DNA of 64,000 bases from Thalia democratica (GCA_965202585.1 OZ241826.1:41726001-41790000); one strand, 5' to 3'. Positions 1-14,600 are shown, numbered from the stretch's first letter. Notes: generated by a model not told the origin, from the sequence alone. Made by a program: numbers and translations.

Positions 1-1434
1 TTTGATTAAGTATTGTTTTTAACTTGTAAGTACTAGATTGTAGTCAGTTAGTTTCCATTATCAAAACTTGCACAAATTGTTCTAGGACATGCACAAATCT
101 ATTTAGATATTTGAATTAAAACAAACGGTAGGCGAACTAAAAAACTTATGTTTTATTTATAAAAAAAAAAAGATATAACTTTCTAAAAAATTTATAAAAC
201 AGTTATGTAATTTGACAAACTAAAAAAGCATGTAGCGTCAACTGACCGTCTACCTTTTATTTCATTAACAAATATCTACCGAGACGACCTAGAGCAAAAA
301 AATCATTGAATTTTAAACAGACTTGTTGGTTGATACAACAAATACGAGGATGAACAAATCTCGACTAGTTATTTTTCTTCAAAATTTTCAGTTTGTATAA
401 TGTATGAAAAGTGTTAACAATTGATTTGCTTTAATTGTTTTTAGTACCTCTAAATAAAGACTTATGTTAATACAACTATTATTTTACGCATACTTTATTA
501 AAAAGAGTGAAAAAACGTAAGCACAAACGGAATAACAATAAAAAAAATTACTTTACAAAATATAAAAACAATTATAATGATACTAGTAATAGTTACGAGA
601 AAAGATCGTAAAGACTTTTTTTTTGTAAAGTAATTGTAATTGCAAAAAATAAATATATCAACTTTAGTACTAATTCAAGTCGTAATTAATTTTTTTTTTG
701 ATATTGATACTGATGAGTGGCTATATCTAAAAGTTATGATTTTCCACTAAATACAACAAAAGTGTTGTAAATCGTTTAATTTTCGTTTCAATTACATCAT
801 CTAAAAGGTCTTTGCAAGTCGTAAATCAATTTGTGCAAGTTTTTTTAATTAAAATAAAAGTTTACATATTTAAAAATGGTAATAGATTTTAGTCAACAAC
901 TATACAACAAATCTTATAGACTTTAATATGAAAATATTTGTATATAAATACTACGTTTGTAACAGTTTAGTTTTATTAATTTACTTGAGCTAAAAAAATA
1001 TTCTAATTACTTAAATGACAAGAGTCTTTAACTTAAATGTATTCAAAACAGCTTATTTTGAGAGTTTAACAAAGCAGAATCAAAATTTAAGTTTAAGTTT
1101 AAACAGTTTAGTAAAGCTTTATTAATCCTAAAATGAATGTTCGATTTAAGCAGGTTGGTTTGAAACGAAAATAAGAAAAACTATATGAAATTCTAATGAG
1201 TTAAAATAATTTGATTATCAAAGCTTATTTTAATTAAAACTATATAAACATTAAGTTTCGGTTAAGACAAAGTATACCATATTTTAATACAAAAATAATT
1301 TTGGTAATATTGTTTTGGTTTTAAAAAGAAAAACACTGATTAAAATAAATCTAAAAAAACAAGTTTTTACTGATCCGGTTGAAAATGATCGGGTTAGAAA
1401 TGATCAGGTTAGAAATGGTCGGGTTAGATTCGGT

Positions 1435-4400
1435 TAGTGATTTACTGGATCCAAGATCTCGAACCATCCATCTTTTGCTTGGAACCGGATACGGACGGAT
1501 CTTAATTAAAAAAAAAGATCCGGACTCGAATCCAGACGGATCCTAGCTGAATTTTTGCCCGGTCCGGGTTCAGTTAGTTTGGAAAGATCTAAGAACTTTG
1601 TTTTCCGCGATAAGCTTCTTTCAGTTATATAAACTTATATTATAGTGGTTTGAATATGTGATATATATAAAAATAGTCAAGCGAAATAGACTAATTAAAC
1701 TATAGTTAACTAATCATTTTTTCTAAAAATGCAGATACATACAGTAGTTTATCAAAAAGTTATTAAGTTATCATCTTAATTATGACCATTGTTTAATCTA
1801 CTTTTGATGCAAACTTGAAAAAGTTTTTGAGTAGAATATAATTTTTTAGTTTCATTATAATAAATTCAGGGAGATGTGATTTGGTTCTTTTATTTAAATG
1901 TGTACTTAGAAATACGGTTTAGACACGGTTAGGATATTTCAGGATAGTTTTGTAAATTTAACTTTTTAAATTTTAGAAAATATAAGTTCTAGATTTTATC
2001 TTAAGTAAGATTTAGTTGAATTCAGTTTTTCTACTTCAATTCATTGAACTAGATTTCTTAATAAAAAATTGAAATTCAATAGTTTAAAAAAGTTAGAAAA
2101 ATATTTTAAAGTATTTGATAAAACTCAAAATGACTCAGTACAGTTTCATTGACAGAGTAACAAGTCTGTAGAAATATAAGACTAATCATATTGTTTAAAT
2201 ACAAACAATTCTAATTTTTAATGTAATTTGCATGGAAATTTTTCAACGTAAGTGAGGGAGACCCTTGTTATTCAAATTTCATTCTTTACAACGTACACTT
2301 TTACAGCACTTCTTCTTTACCAAAACATTTGAATTGAAAACATCAAAAAGGAATTTCAGAGGCTAACAAATCATCATCATCATCCAATAAAGCAGTCAGC
2401 GATAAATCGTTCCAAACTCCAAAACAAAAGAAGCCATCAGCAATGAACCAAGCTAGTATGGAGAGTTATTGCCCTTTTTAACAATGGAAAATAAACGATC
2501 AAAAAGCAACCAAAATTTATAAAAAAAATAATGAGTATGATTACTCTGGACAACCAACCATTTTTAAGTACTAGCGATCAAAGTTTCATAGACATGTTGG
2601 CTGCATTAGAGCAAAGTAATTTGATTCCAAGGTACTTCACTAGTACAATGCTTTTTCAGACTTATGAAAATTTTAAGATTAAAATACAATTTGCTATAAA
2701 AAATTTCCGTATCTTAGCTTGTAGAATGCTGATAAACAAGTTTTGATTAAAATTTTAACAATGAAAAATATAATTTTACGAAACGTTTTGTTCATTCTTG
2801 TACCCTAAAACACACATAACAACTCTATATTTTATTACATATTTTATACAAATAATTACACAAAACTTATTAATTTAATAAATTAATTTATTAACCCTGT
2901 TTATCAAAAAATTCTAAAGTACTTTGGGGGAACTTATTTTCTGCATTAATTTTTGACACATCTACTAGCTTGTACATGGCTCGAAAGTATTTAGTTTTTT
3001 TTTATTTAAAATCTAAAAATGCTCAAAGTAATTTATTTCTAAAAGAAAAAAAAGAAAATATTTAACACTTTTTGTAAAAAGTTCTTTTGAAAACTTTGTA
3101 AAATTAGTTTAAAATTTATGTTGAGTTGTTGAATGGTAACAAGAGACTATAAAAAAAATATTAGACTTTTTTACAATGTGCATATGTAATGGGAACATGT
3201 CAAATATGCACTAAGAAACTTTTGCAAGAAGGGTCAAATATGCACGAGGAGACAATTTTGCACGAAAGTACATTATTGCACAAAGAAATTTTTTGTATTA
3301 AGTTACTTTTGCACGTGAGTAAAAAAATTGATAAAAAAAAATAAATAAAAAACACAAAACGATACATTAATAATAATAAAATAAGTTACCGACCGACTGT
3401 AACAAATAGGCATAACAGCGATTGTACAAATAAAGTATAAAGATTACTAATAAAAGTTATAGATAAAAAGTAAAAAAAATAAAATAAATTAGGTGAATAA
3501 AAAAAAAAAAAAAAAGTTACCCATCGAGTTTAAGGGTTAGGGGTAAAAGTGGTAGTAAAAATTAAGATATAATAACACAAAAAAACTAAGCTTATAAAAA
3601 AAAGACAGAAACTAAATAAATTTATAAATAAACAAAAAATAAGAAAAAAGTTACCGACCGAGGGAGAGGGTTAACAGTTATAGAAAAAAAAAGATTAATA
3701 AAATGATAAAATTGAATTAAAAAGATTAAACTAATAACAATACTTCGACCCGTGCAAAAGTGACCCTTCGTGCAAAGTTGGAGACGTGCAAAAATGTCCC
3801 TTCGTGCAAAAGTCTCCCTAAGTACATATCTCCTACCCATATACAATAGAACTAATTTTTTATAGTTGGTACTAAAATTAAAATAAAATAACTATATTAT
3901 GAGATTAATCACAAAATCTTTACAATAATACAAATACAGACAACGGAATGTAGATATCATTTGTAATACAAACTTAATGTAAGAAACTTAAGATCTTATA
4001 CTTTTCAGCTTTTATGTAATTAAGGTAGCCACAGAGTTACTCAAGCATTTTATTTTAAGTTAAAACAAATATACTTTTATCCGGTTTTTATAACCCTTTA
4101 TTTTTAGCTTTAATTCAACTCAGCTTTTAAGAAACTTTGAAGTGAAGTATACTAAAACAATTTAGACAGGGTTGCCAATTTTTTACAGAAATTTCTTTCA
4201 GGTTTTCTGAATTTCTTCCTGGTTTTTAAAAGTACACATTTTTGAGTCTAATTTTAGTTTAAAGCTAAGTATTATAACAACATTGGAAAGATACTGTAAA
4301 GCTACTTTAAAAATGATTAAAAAAAATTATAATGACAAAACTTATAACATTTTACTACTTAACATGTAAACAATTGTTTAAATTTCCAGTTTTTTCCAGG

Positions 4401-5994
4401 GTTTTAGTGTTTTTTTTCTAAATTCTATGTTTTTTTTTTTCAAAATTTTTCAAACTAAAGTTTTTTGCAGCATTTTTTAGCCTTAGTTGTCTAATTTAAG
4501 GTATTTCAAGAACTCCAGGTTCTTTAGCAACTCAAATAAGAAATTTATACTTAAAAGTTTTATTACTGATAAATATTTTTAAAGTTTAAACTAAATTACA
4601 AATTTTTATTTTTTTAATTTTTTTTTTAACTAAAGGTCCTGTCTCTGTTTAAGTTAAAATGTTATAAACCATTCGACAAACTTAGTTTCTAAGTTCAAGT
4701 GACAATTAAAACACTAAGGTTAAAATATCACTATTGCAGTATTCTCTTTAGAGAAATTACAAATATTTATATTATGTTATGTTTTTTAATTAACCTTTAA
4801 TGTTTATATATCACAAAAGTAGTGTAATGAAAAGGTTTATCGTTAAGATAAAAAATGAAAAATTAATAGTTTTGAGATATTCTGCATTAGATAACTCGAT
4901 TTTTTTTAAACAGAGATAACAAAATTTTGGTATTTAAATGATAACTATTAAAAGTTTTTTATCTAAAAAAAATTTACACATAAAAAACATTTTTATGAAA
5001 ATATAAACGAATTACTCTGTAAAATGTTAAAATTTTTAAAAATTAATAGTTTTAAGGCTGTAATTCTGAATATAATTAGTTTATACTTATATATAATAAT
5101 GTTGTTTATTGAACGATAAAAAAAGCGCTTAAAAAGTTTGGTCTAAGGACTTTGGGTACAAAGAAACCTTTCGGTTATCGAGTCGTACACCACATGATTA
5201 CAAAATTTTCGTACAAGCTATGAGATTTAATTTTTATCATTTAAACATTTAAATCTCCAGTAATAAACAACCATTTAAACGATAAAAAAAATAAAGAAAA
5301 TAAAACTAAACGAAAACTAACCTAATTTTTCGTTTAATAATGTACTATGAATCTTATTTAGTAACATATGAACTTAAAATATACATAACTTTAAATTAGC
5401 TTTTAAAAGAAAGTAAACAACACTAATAACAAACATGTGAATACTTGAATTATAGGTTACAACTTCTTTAAAGAAAATGATAGACTACGCTGAAATATTT
5501 TTACGAAATTTTTTTTTTAATTACTTGGTAGGTTTAATTCAAAACAATGAGCTTTATAAATTTTTTGATGACAAAAAGTTTTTAAAATTTGTTGTAAAGT
5601 ATAAACTAAATGTTTTTTTTTTTAAATAATATAGATAAATCTTTCTCAGTTAAAATCAATGCAACAATCAGCTTATAATTTTAATATAATTTTTCTAATT
5701 ATATATTACACTTCATATTTATTTTAGAACAAAGTAAAATTTTCGATTATTTTGAACTTAGAAAGTTAGCTTATTGGCTTTTGCTACTTTTTACTAAACT
5801 TGAATTGAAAATAAATTTGGAAAGCAACACAAAAACATTAAATTTTTACTGGTGATTTACCAAAAAAACAAATGTCAGATCTGTTTGAATCCAAATCCGA
5901 ATATTTTTTAAACCAAGGTCCGGTCGGAAACGAATCTAAATCCAAAAAAGCATCGTTCGGCCGAATCCGAATATTTGGATCTGGTAAATCACTA
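1435..5994 (+). mobile_element. Decayed hAT-superfamily DNA transposon with transposase remnant
   Basis: Inverted ends tagtgatttactggatc (1435-) and gatctggtaaatcacta (-5994), with subterminal GGATCC/ATCCG-rich repeats. 2230-2340 reads as a degenerate BED finger (WKFF...C...STSSLPKHL*KH). ORF 2531-2746 (ITLDNQPFLSTSDQSFIDML...PRYFTSTML..TYE..K) resembles the ZBED/Ac-type hAT segment 'D.QPFS.VED.GF..L....P.Y..PSR'. No 8-bp TSD found. Confidence 0.7.
3191..3840. mobile_element. MITE with GCACGA/TCGTGC subterminal repeats, nested in the hAT remnant
   Basis: Left end gggtcaaatatgcacga... and repeated ttgcac units; right end repeated cgtgcaaa units in inverted orientation. Same family as 52829-53017. 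Boundaries approximate. Confidence 0.6.
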
Positions 5995-8900
5995 TTCTAA
6001 ATCTGTAGTATATATTTTTCAATGTTAGAATCTTCAACTTAAGTTGATTTCTTTGTTAAATCTGTTTTAGCAGTCATTAAATTAGTTATAATACTAGACT
6101 TAATTTAATTCAACTAAAAAAATCGAGTATATATATAATATATAACTTTATGAAAGTTCTTTTATTTAACTTTAAAATAAAACGTTTAAGAAAAAAGTAA
6201 ATGATTAGAAAAATTGCTTTTTATTTCAAAATTTTAAGTTTGACTCTATTTTAAGTGTAAGTATAATTACTAAATATACATTTGCATTACATATATTTTA
6301 ACAAACTTTAAAATCAACTCAGATAACAACTATCATCATTCATAAGTTTAAAAATTTTTAGGTATCATTTCTTATTGTTTTCAAAGAGGAAACTAATTTA
6401 TTAACTAGTTCACAAAATACAAAATAACTATTATGATCACAATTTTAGTCAAAAAATCACACATTTACTTTTTTAATTAAAAGTTTAACAAATTCCAAAA
6501 TTAGATAATAAAGGGTTTAGATTGTATTAAGCTTGATGTATAAATTTAAACACTAACTAAATAAATAATGAAAGTTTGTGTCTCGTTTTACATAAAACAT
6601 TTGTTTTTACTATTTTTATCATATTTTTACTAAAAAAGCACACAAAGTTTAAAACGTATCAAAAACAAATTAAGTTTAACTTTGACTAATTTTTACACTA
6701 TCTAAGAAAATACTTTGAAGGTTTATGTAAAACAAATAACTAAAACTAAAACTTTAACTTAAAAGGCTAAGTTTTAGCATTCAGCAAAAAAAAATAGTTA
6801 GGAAATATCACAAAAGCGAATTGTTTTAGATGAATTTAAGAGATTTTAAAGTGTCAAAATAATTTTCATGGACAAAATAAATAAAAATGATCAGAACCTT
6901 TAGTATAAATATTAAAACAAGATATCAAGAAAACCATTATAACTTTGTAGTACTAGTACTTTTAAGTAAATGGGTTTAAAGTTACTTTTAAGGGTATTAA
7001 CGGTAATTTTTGAGTCATTTTGTTTTTATTTTTACAAACAATCTATTTTTTATCTTAGAATTTTTTTTTGTCTAAAAATTTTCTAAAACTTTCAGCAGGT
7101 GGTTGTTTTTGTGATACTACCTAAAAATGAATTGTTTTACCTCAAAGGTAGCCTTTGAAAAAACTCACAGTTACGCAAAAATACGTGTGAATATAATAAG
7201 AAAAAAGTTTTAGAACTTCAAACTGTTGTACAGAATAATGTACTAGTCATTGCTAGATTTAATTGAAGTTTGGTATAAAATTATTAGAAGGAAAGTTTTT
7301 ACCTCAGTAAACGAACATTTTTGTTATGTACAACTACTTGATATTTGTCAGTGTTATTCGATAATATTAAACTTCGATTATTAAACTTAAAAAAATTTCT
7401 ATATAAAGAATATAACGAAGTTAACATAAATATTAATTACTAAAGTACTTGACAAATTAAAAGCAGATACGTACTATCATTGTAATATAACTTTTAAAGC
7501 GAGAAAAAATTACTTTAAAAAAAAAAAAAATTATTTGTTATTTTATAAATACTCAAACAACACAAGTTAGTGTACAAAATAAGCATGTTTATAGTTTTAA
7601 AAAGTTTCTTACACGGAATAACTGAATAATTATATTTGATCTTAATAATATTTTTTTTTGCAATTATAGTTTTATAAGTATAATAAAATTGCTTGTTGAA
7701 ACTACGATGTAAAACGAAGACTGTATTAAATTTTTTTAGACTTTGTATACACACTTAGTTTAAAGTTAGAACTGAAAAACAAAATTCCTTAACTCAATTA
7801 TGTTGTAACATTCTTTTACAAGTATTTTGATTATTTGTTATCGAACTAAACATGAAAAAGTTTTCTATGTACATGATATTTTAACTTTTGTATTCAACAA
7901 AACAAACTTTATTTTTTTAACCAGTTTAGAAGTTCCGTTATTTACTTAAATTAATTTTATTTCAAGAACTTTTTAAAACTATAAAAAAAAATACTATAAA
8001 GTTAAATACGTCTGTTGATATATTGTGTAATATCAATGAAGAATAAACTTTTATATAAATAAACAATCATAATTCAAAATTGCGTAACAGACGTTTAGAA
8101 CTTTCTTATTAGTCATTGATATTTTTCAAACAAAAATAGTTAAAATTTCATGCAATCAAGTATTTTCATCAAAGTTTAGAAACCCCCGCATACATTTAGA
8201 GCATAGCGGAAAGAAAGAAAAGGTGTCGTCTATTTATTTAAGGCTTATCTGTTTGTGAGAAAAAGAAAACTGATAATGTAGACAGCTTTGTTATGGAAGT
8301 TGTAGTATAAGCTTGAAGTGCTTACATGCAGTTTTAATTATCTAAGGTGATTGCTTGTTATAATTTCAGCTAGTTTACTTTTGACTTTTTTGTTAAATTA
8401 CGAAAGGTATAAAATTAAAAAAGAGTTTAGTTTTACATTCTTTCAAAAACTAGTAACCAGGTATGTTCAAGAAACTGCTAATTTGAAGAAGGTGGATAAA
8501 AGTAAATAATTAAATAGTATTTATTATTAGTATGTATCTGATAATTCATAAAAAGGCTTTTAAAGCATTTTTAAAATGCTACTATTACAGCTTGTTATAG
8601 TACGTTGTAAAGTTTCTCTTCACAAAAGTGTTATAAAAACGTCAAAAAGCCAAACCTCATAAGAAATTTATATCTTCCCATTAATCATTGAATGCTTACG
8701 CTGCACACATTTTTTTTCTGAAGTTTCCGAGTAGAGCGTTTGGAAAGCTGCTTTTTTTTGCTTCGTTTGTTTTGTAAGGCAAATTTAATCACTTTTTAAC
8801 AGAGAACATGACGTGAGATTTTAGTATTAGGAAACCTTGTAGTTATGTGTATTGTTACGAGTGGTTTTGAATAAAACGCAATTTTATGATTGCTATATTT

Positions 8901-9986
8901 AACTAACACGCCCCGTCTTATGTTACGTAGTGGGTTTATTGTGACGTAACTTACGTCTCAAATTCATTTGTAAAAGTTTTTCTTTTTGTTTCGGGTCTTT
9001 TTAAACCATGGAATTTAATAAATAAAGTTCTGAACCGCTTTGTGAGATATAGAATTACTTTACGGGCATCATATTTCTCATTAAAAGAATTTTGAAAGTC
9101 GATATAAGTAAATATTATGTTGTTTGTCACTACATATAAAAGCTTTTTCGAAAGAAAGCAAGCATATGTACAGTTAACTTAAATTTTTGATTAAAGTTAT
9201 TTTTTTTTTCAAGATCAAAATTTAGTACAAAATTTAACATACAGTAATGGAACAAAATACGCTATGAGAATGCAAAAAAAGTAGTTAGTTAATCGGTTAT
9301 TGTTTATTAAATGTAAAGAAATAATTTGTTCTCAGTAGAATAGTTTAGTTTTTGAAAGTTCTGAATTTAGTAATAAAAATAAAGTTTATTACAATGAAAA
9401 AGCACTACTAGTCTAATAAAACTCGTGACATAACTAAATGTTAGTAAAACATGTCGTTTAAAAAAAACTTTTGTCATGGTTCAGCTAATGCACTTGAAGC
9501 AAAAGTGCTAAAAAAAAACGTTTCGTCTATCACTTTTAGCAATTAAGGATTTTTCCTAGTTTTGTGTTTGAACGTTATGCTTAATACTAATTTTTCGAAA
9601 TAGTGTAGATAAAAATATTGTATAAATTGTTTATTTTGGTTTAAAACCAGCTTTTACTTATAAGTAATGCTTTTGATTTATCAATACATAACAACATCTT
9701 AGACAAGGTGTTTATGTTTGCCAGGACTTAACTTTTGTATTTTGTTTTTGAATAAGACTTTAAACAATAAATTAAGAAACACTTAATCATTACGTATTTC
9801 TGTGTTTAGTATGTACAAAATTTTGGTTTTAAACTACATAAAAATGCTTAAAATATGCATTTTCAGTTAATCATTTTATTAAGTTATTTACATAGATTTA
9901 CGTGGCAACTTGAATGTTTTCAAAAATATAAATGTAATTTTCTAACTTGGAAAAAACGTTTATCTTCTACACATTAAGTTTGTTAT

Positions 9987-11685
9987 CACGCACAAGATTC
10001 ATTACTTTACTTGTAAACTCGTGTTTGTCAAACTTTGATTGATTGTTATTAATCCTGCAGAAAATAATGTATGTAGTTAAATAAGTTTTGTTAGCTTAAA
10101 ACAAAAAAGTAAAAAGTTGTTTTTATGAAACAAAATTGTAAAAAAGTGCGTGAAGCATTTCTTTTTTAATAGTTGTGATTTGTTTGTAAAAATTTAGTTA
10201 AATTTTAGTTAGTAAAAATCTAATCTAATTGCCATCTAAAATAAACTAAAATAAAGAGGACTATTAATAAAGTATAATTTTCGTATTTAATTATTAAAAG
10301 ATAATGGATAAAAAATTAACAAGTTTATTTTCATAAAAAATGTTTAATTAAAACATAATTTCACTTATAGCTACGTGCTTTAAAAAGTTTGATAAATTTC
10401 TGAATACTAAAACTTTTTACTAATAAAACTTTTATTTTTTATAATGAGTAAGGTCGTACAAGTTCATGTTTATAAAATCACATAAACTAAAAAACTTTAT
10501 TCATAACCCTACACGGTTGACGTACTTATAAAATTGCGTAGTTTTCTAAGTAAGTGTAGACTTATTCGTTTTTTAATCTAGCTTAATCACTTAAACTTTT
10601 ATTGTTTATTAAAGTTTACAAATTTTTTTCAGCAAAAACTAGCTATTTACTAGCATTTTAATCAAACAACTAAACATGGACCCCGTAACAAAGGACGAAA
10701 GTTCAAAAACAACTGTTACCAAAAAGCTTCCAGGTCCTGTTAGGTGGCCGATATTCGGATCCTTGTTCTACCTGACCAGTTTCAAAGAGCGGGTGTTTAT
10801 GGACTGGACCAAACATTACGGCGACATCTACCAAGTTAAAGTAGGATCAAAAGACGTTGTCGTTGTCAATGGGTTAGTAATGTTTAGTTCGATTAAGATA
10901 AGTACAACGGTTTTTTTTAAAGTTTTGCAGATCTAATCATGAAAATATGTTGTTGTTGTAAGTTCTCTAAAAAATCGTGCATTGTATATATGTTATTAAT
11001 TTATAATTACAAATTTGCTATAATACTGTTTTTGTCTTAAAAACTTAAGCAGAGTTCTTAATATATTTAGTTAGTTTTATCTTCAAAATATACAAGTTTA
11101 CTTTACTTTGTATTAAATCTAATTTTTTTTTGCAGATATAATGCGGTGAAAGCGGTATTAGAAGACAGGCAGGGGATTTACAGCAGTCGCGACCACAGAA
11201 ACCACATACAAGCCCACAGAAGGCCGGGAGAGGGTTTGTTTTTCTGCCCCGACAACCAAATTCACAAGAAACTGAAACCATTCTTGATTCAGAATCTGAG
11301 CATACTTAAAACACGTTGGTATTTTTGCGTTTACGAAATTTTATAACAAAATTTTTTTTTTTTTTAATTTGGTTAAAATATGTAAAAACAGTTATACATT
11401 AGTATATAACATATTTATCTGATTTTTGTTGTTATGAAAACCAATAATAACTTAAAAAAAGTTGTTAAAACTGTTTTTGTATGGTTTTCATTTTAAAACA
11501 GGTGTAAGTAGAAAATAAGTATTTAAAAGTATTAATATTTATATACTATTAATAAATAAAAGTTTTATTAACAGTTTTGTTAGAAAAAAATCAAAAACGT
11601 TGCAAACAGAGTAGTCAGATATCAAAAGCACAAAGTTGCTGTATTAAATCACACGGTTGACACGCGAATCAGCTCTTATCGCGTG
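9987..11685. promoter_or_regulatory. Candidate xenobiotic response elements (AhR/ARNT-type) around the CYP 5' end
   Basis: GTGCGTG at 9987-9993 (-) and 10146-10152 (+) upstream of the ATG; TCGCGTG at 11661-11667 (-) and 11679-11685 (+) in intron 2. Motif match only. Confidence 0.3.
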
Positions 11686-14600
11686 TAATAGCTAGAATTC
11701 AATGTAGTTTTAATAAAAACACTTCATGTTTTGTCACAAGACACAGTAATAACTGATGTTATTAAATCAATTTAATATTAAAACTACTTCACATGCTACA
11801 CAGTGGCAAACACATCAAATTGACAATAAAATTTCTATATTACTTTCAAATTTATAAGAAATATATTATTATTTTTTGAAAGTTTAATATTATTTTAGAT
11901 AACTGAATTTAGGAATTTTTGTTTTTGATTGTGCGTAAAATTAATTTTCACACTAACTTGACTTCAAAAGTGACTGTTTTAAAAAAAAACATTTGACGGC
12001 TGATAAAATTTAAATTCTTGTCTTATCTTAAACTGACAGCTCTTACGTTAAACTTGACTGATTGCAAAATCTAGTGCACAGTTTAATTATTTTTATAACT
12101 TTATCTAACTTGTGCGTAAAGTTTGTTAAAACGTTTTAGATTGCTTTTAAACTTCAACCTACTAAGCTGTATTTATACTTAAACAAAATAAAGTTTTAAC
12201 CAACTAATGTTACGTAGCAACCCATTAATACAATGTTGATTGTAAAAGGCTGTTATTCAGCATTGTATATAATTATAATTTTATGGTTTTGTATTTGCAG
12301 ACACAGACAGAGCAGTGAAAACTGAAATAATAAAAATGATAAGTCATCTCAGTAAGACATCAAACAAACGGGTCGACATTCAGCACGTAGTAAGATCTAC
12401 AATGGCAAATGTTCTGCTACAAGTAAATTTATATTTAAAATATTTTAAATTTTGATTTACGCAGCTACCTATTTACACGCGGGAAATTTTTATAAATTTT
12501 ATAAATTTAATAATTAAATTATGCCTTAAATTATTTTTTAGCTTTTATGTTACAAAGATATATCAAATTAGTATACGATTTTATAGAAGAAAGTCAAATT
12601 ATGAATTTTAATTATATATGATTTCTAAATATATACTTTTTTTGTTAAAATTTTCTAAGCATCTGTAATTAAAATAAAATTCGAAATTATATGTATAAAG
12701 GTAAAAGCAATAAACCTAATCTGAATTAAAAAAAAAAATAATTTAGCATAAGCTTTAGTTTTATTTTAAATTGTTTATTAAATTTATCCATCTATAAAAC
12801 TTAATTAAAAGTGTTTTCAAACAAAGATTAATTAAAATACCACAATTAGGAGATTAATACTATTGAGAGCTTTAAATTTAATTAAGTTTTACAAAGTATT
12901 TTTCGGTTGTATGACTGTGTATAAATTTTAAAAACTAAAAATTTTAAAACATTGTTTTCGGGCTGTATAGCATGCAAGAAAAGGATTTTATTTCATAAAT
13001 CATTTCATAATCTTAGAATTTATCTAAATTACTTTACAGAATTAAAAAATGGAAGCATAAAATTTTTATTTAGTTTCTAATAATTAGATTTTAATCAGAA
13101 TAAAGTCAACATTAAGATTATTTTTGGCATAATTTATTTTTAATTATATAACATTTTATTTTATTGTCAATACCATCACTACAAATTAGGCAAACAATTA
13201 TATATATTTTACCAGACACTGTATTCCAAATCGTTTGATTATGGAAACCCAGAGTTAGAGAACATTATGAAACTGTGTTGCATTGGAAACACAGAAAGAG
13301 ATAAAGGAACTGGAAAAGTATTAACGTTAGACTGGATAATACATTTTCCCTCAATTAAAAGGTAACCTTGATGTAATTGTATTTAAAAAATACTAAATTT
13401 TATTGAAATTCACTTAAATTATTAGCATTTTAGAATAAAAGTCTCTAAATTTATCAAAAACAGTGTTCAGTAAATCACATAAAACAAATAGACGTGAACA
13501 CTAAACTAACTAAAATTTAGCAAATAAAACTTGACTTATTATACTTTTTTTTTCATTATTAAAGTAGATGGTGTAAAGGTTGTTATAATTCTTTTAATAA
13601 AAAATAAAAAACATTTTTATTATTAAAACAATATTTCATTACATATACGAGTATTTTTCACACATTATTAAACAGTAAAAAATTATATTTTTAAAACATT
13701 AGACTAATGAACGCGAAACGAAATGAACACAATCAAGTAAAGAAAATTTTTAACAATTTTCACGAGCAACGGTTGTCTGGCCCCGATGAAATAAATGATC
13801 TTTCCTCAGCTTTTAATAAATGCAAGTAAAACATTATAACTTTAATTGTAATCTCATTTAAAGATACAGTATATGTACTAAAAAAGACTGACAATAAAAC
13901 GTGTCGTTTATTTACAAAGCTGTACAGTATTTTGTTACAAATGTTTTAAATTGTATGATTATAATTTTTTTTAGTTTTGAAATAAAATGTTATAGAAAAT
14001 AAATGTAGAACAGTAAACATTCAGCACGTTTTGGAAATTAGTTTTAATTAAAAACTAATTCCTTTAAAACTTCTTGTAATTACAAGCCTTACACGTTAAG
14101 TGTGAAATTAGTATGACGAATAAGAATAACGAAATACAATTTTTTTAGTATAAAATAACTGTTGGGTAAATTTACAAGTTTTCAAATTTGTTAAAAAAAA
14201 TAATATAAAAAGAAGTGTAGCATTTATTAAAACTTTCGTAAAGTAAGAGTTAAAAAAATGGTTTAAGTTAATAAAAAACAAATGAAAACAAGTCTGTTAG
14301 AATGATTATTTATTGAAACAGAGAGTTTCTTTTTCATAGAGCTCCGATACGGATAATTTTGCAGTAACAGAAAAAGTACTAGGGTTTGTAAAAAAACAAT
14401 GTTAAGTTAGTAAATTGTCAGTATGTTTATAAAAAAAAGATATAATATTAAATAGTTAATTTTTTATTGAAAATTATCTATAAAAAAAAAAACTTAAACA
14501 TTGTCTTGACAACAGTTTCACCTGAGCCGAAATTCAGGGATGAGTTATATTGCATGAGCGAGGATTCCATGACGGGTGGTACTCAAACGACGAAATGTCA

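Noticed and set aside
710-760. CTGATGA as a hammerhead core
   Set aside because: No stem II and no downstream GAAA/NUH arrangement.
7515-7754. Possible further Penelope linker remnant
   Set aside because: Similarity too weak to distinguish from AT-rich noise.
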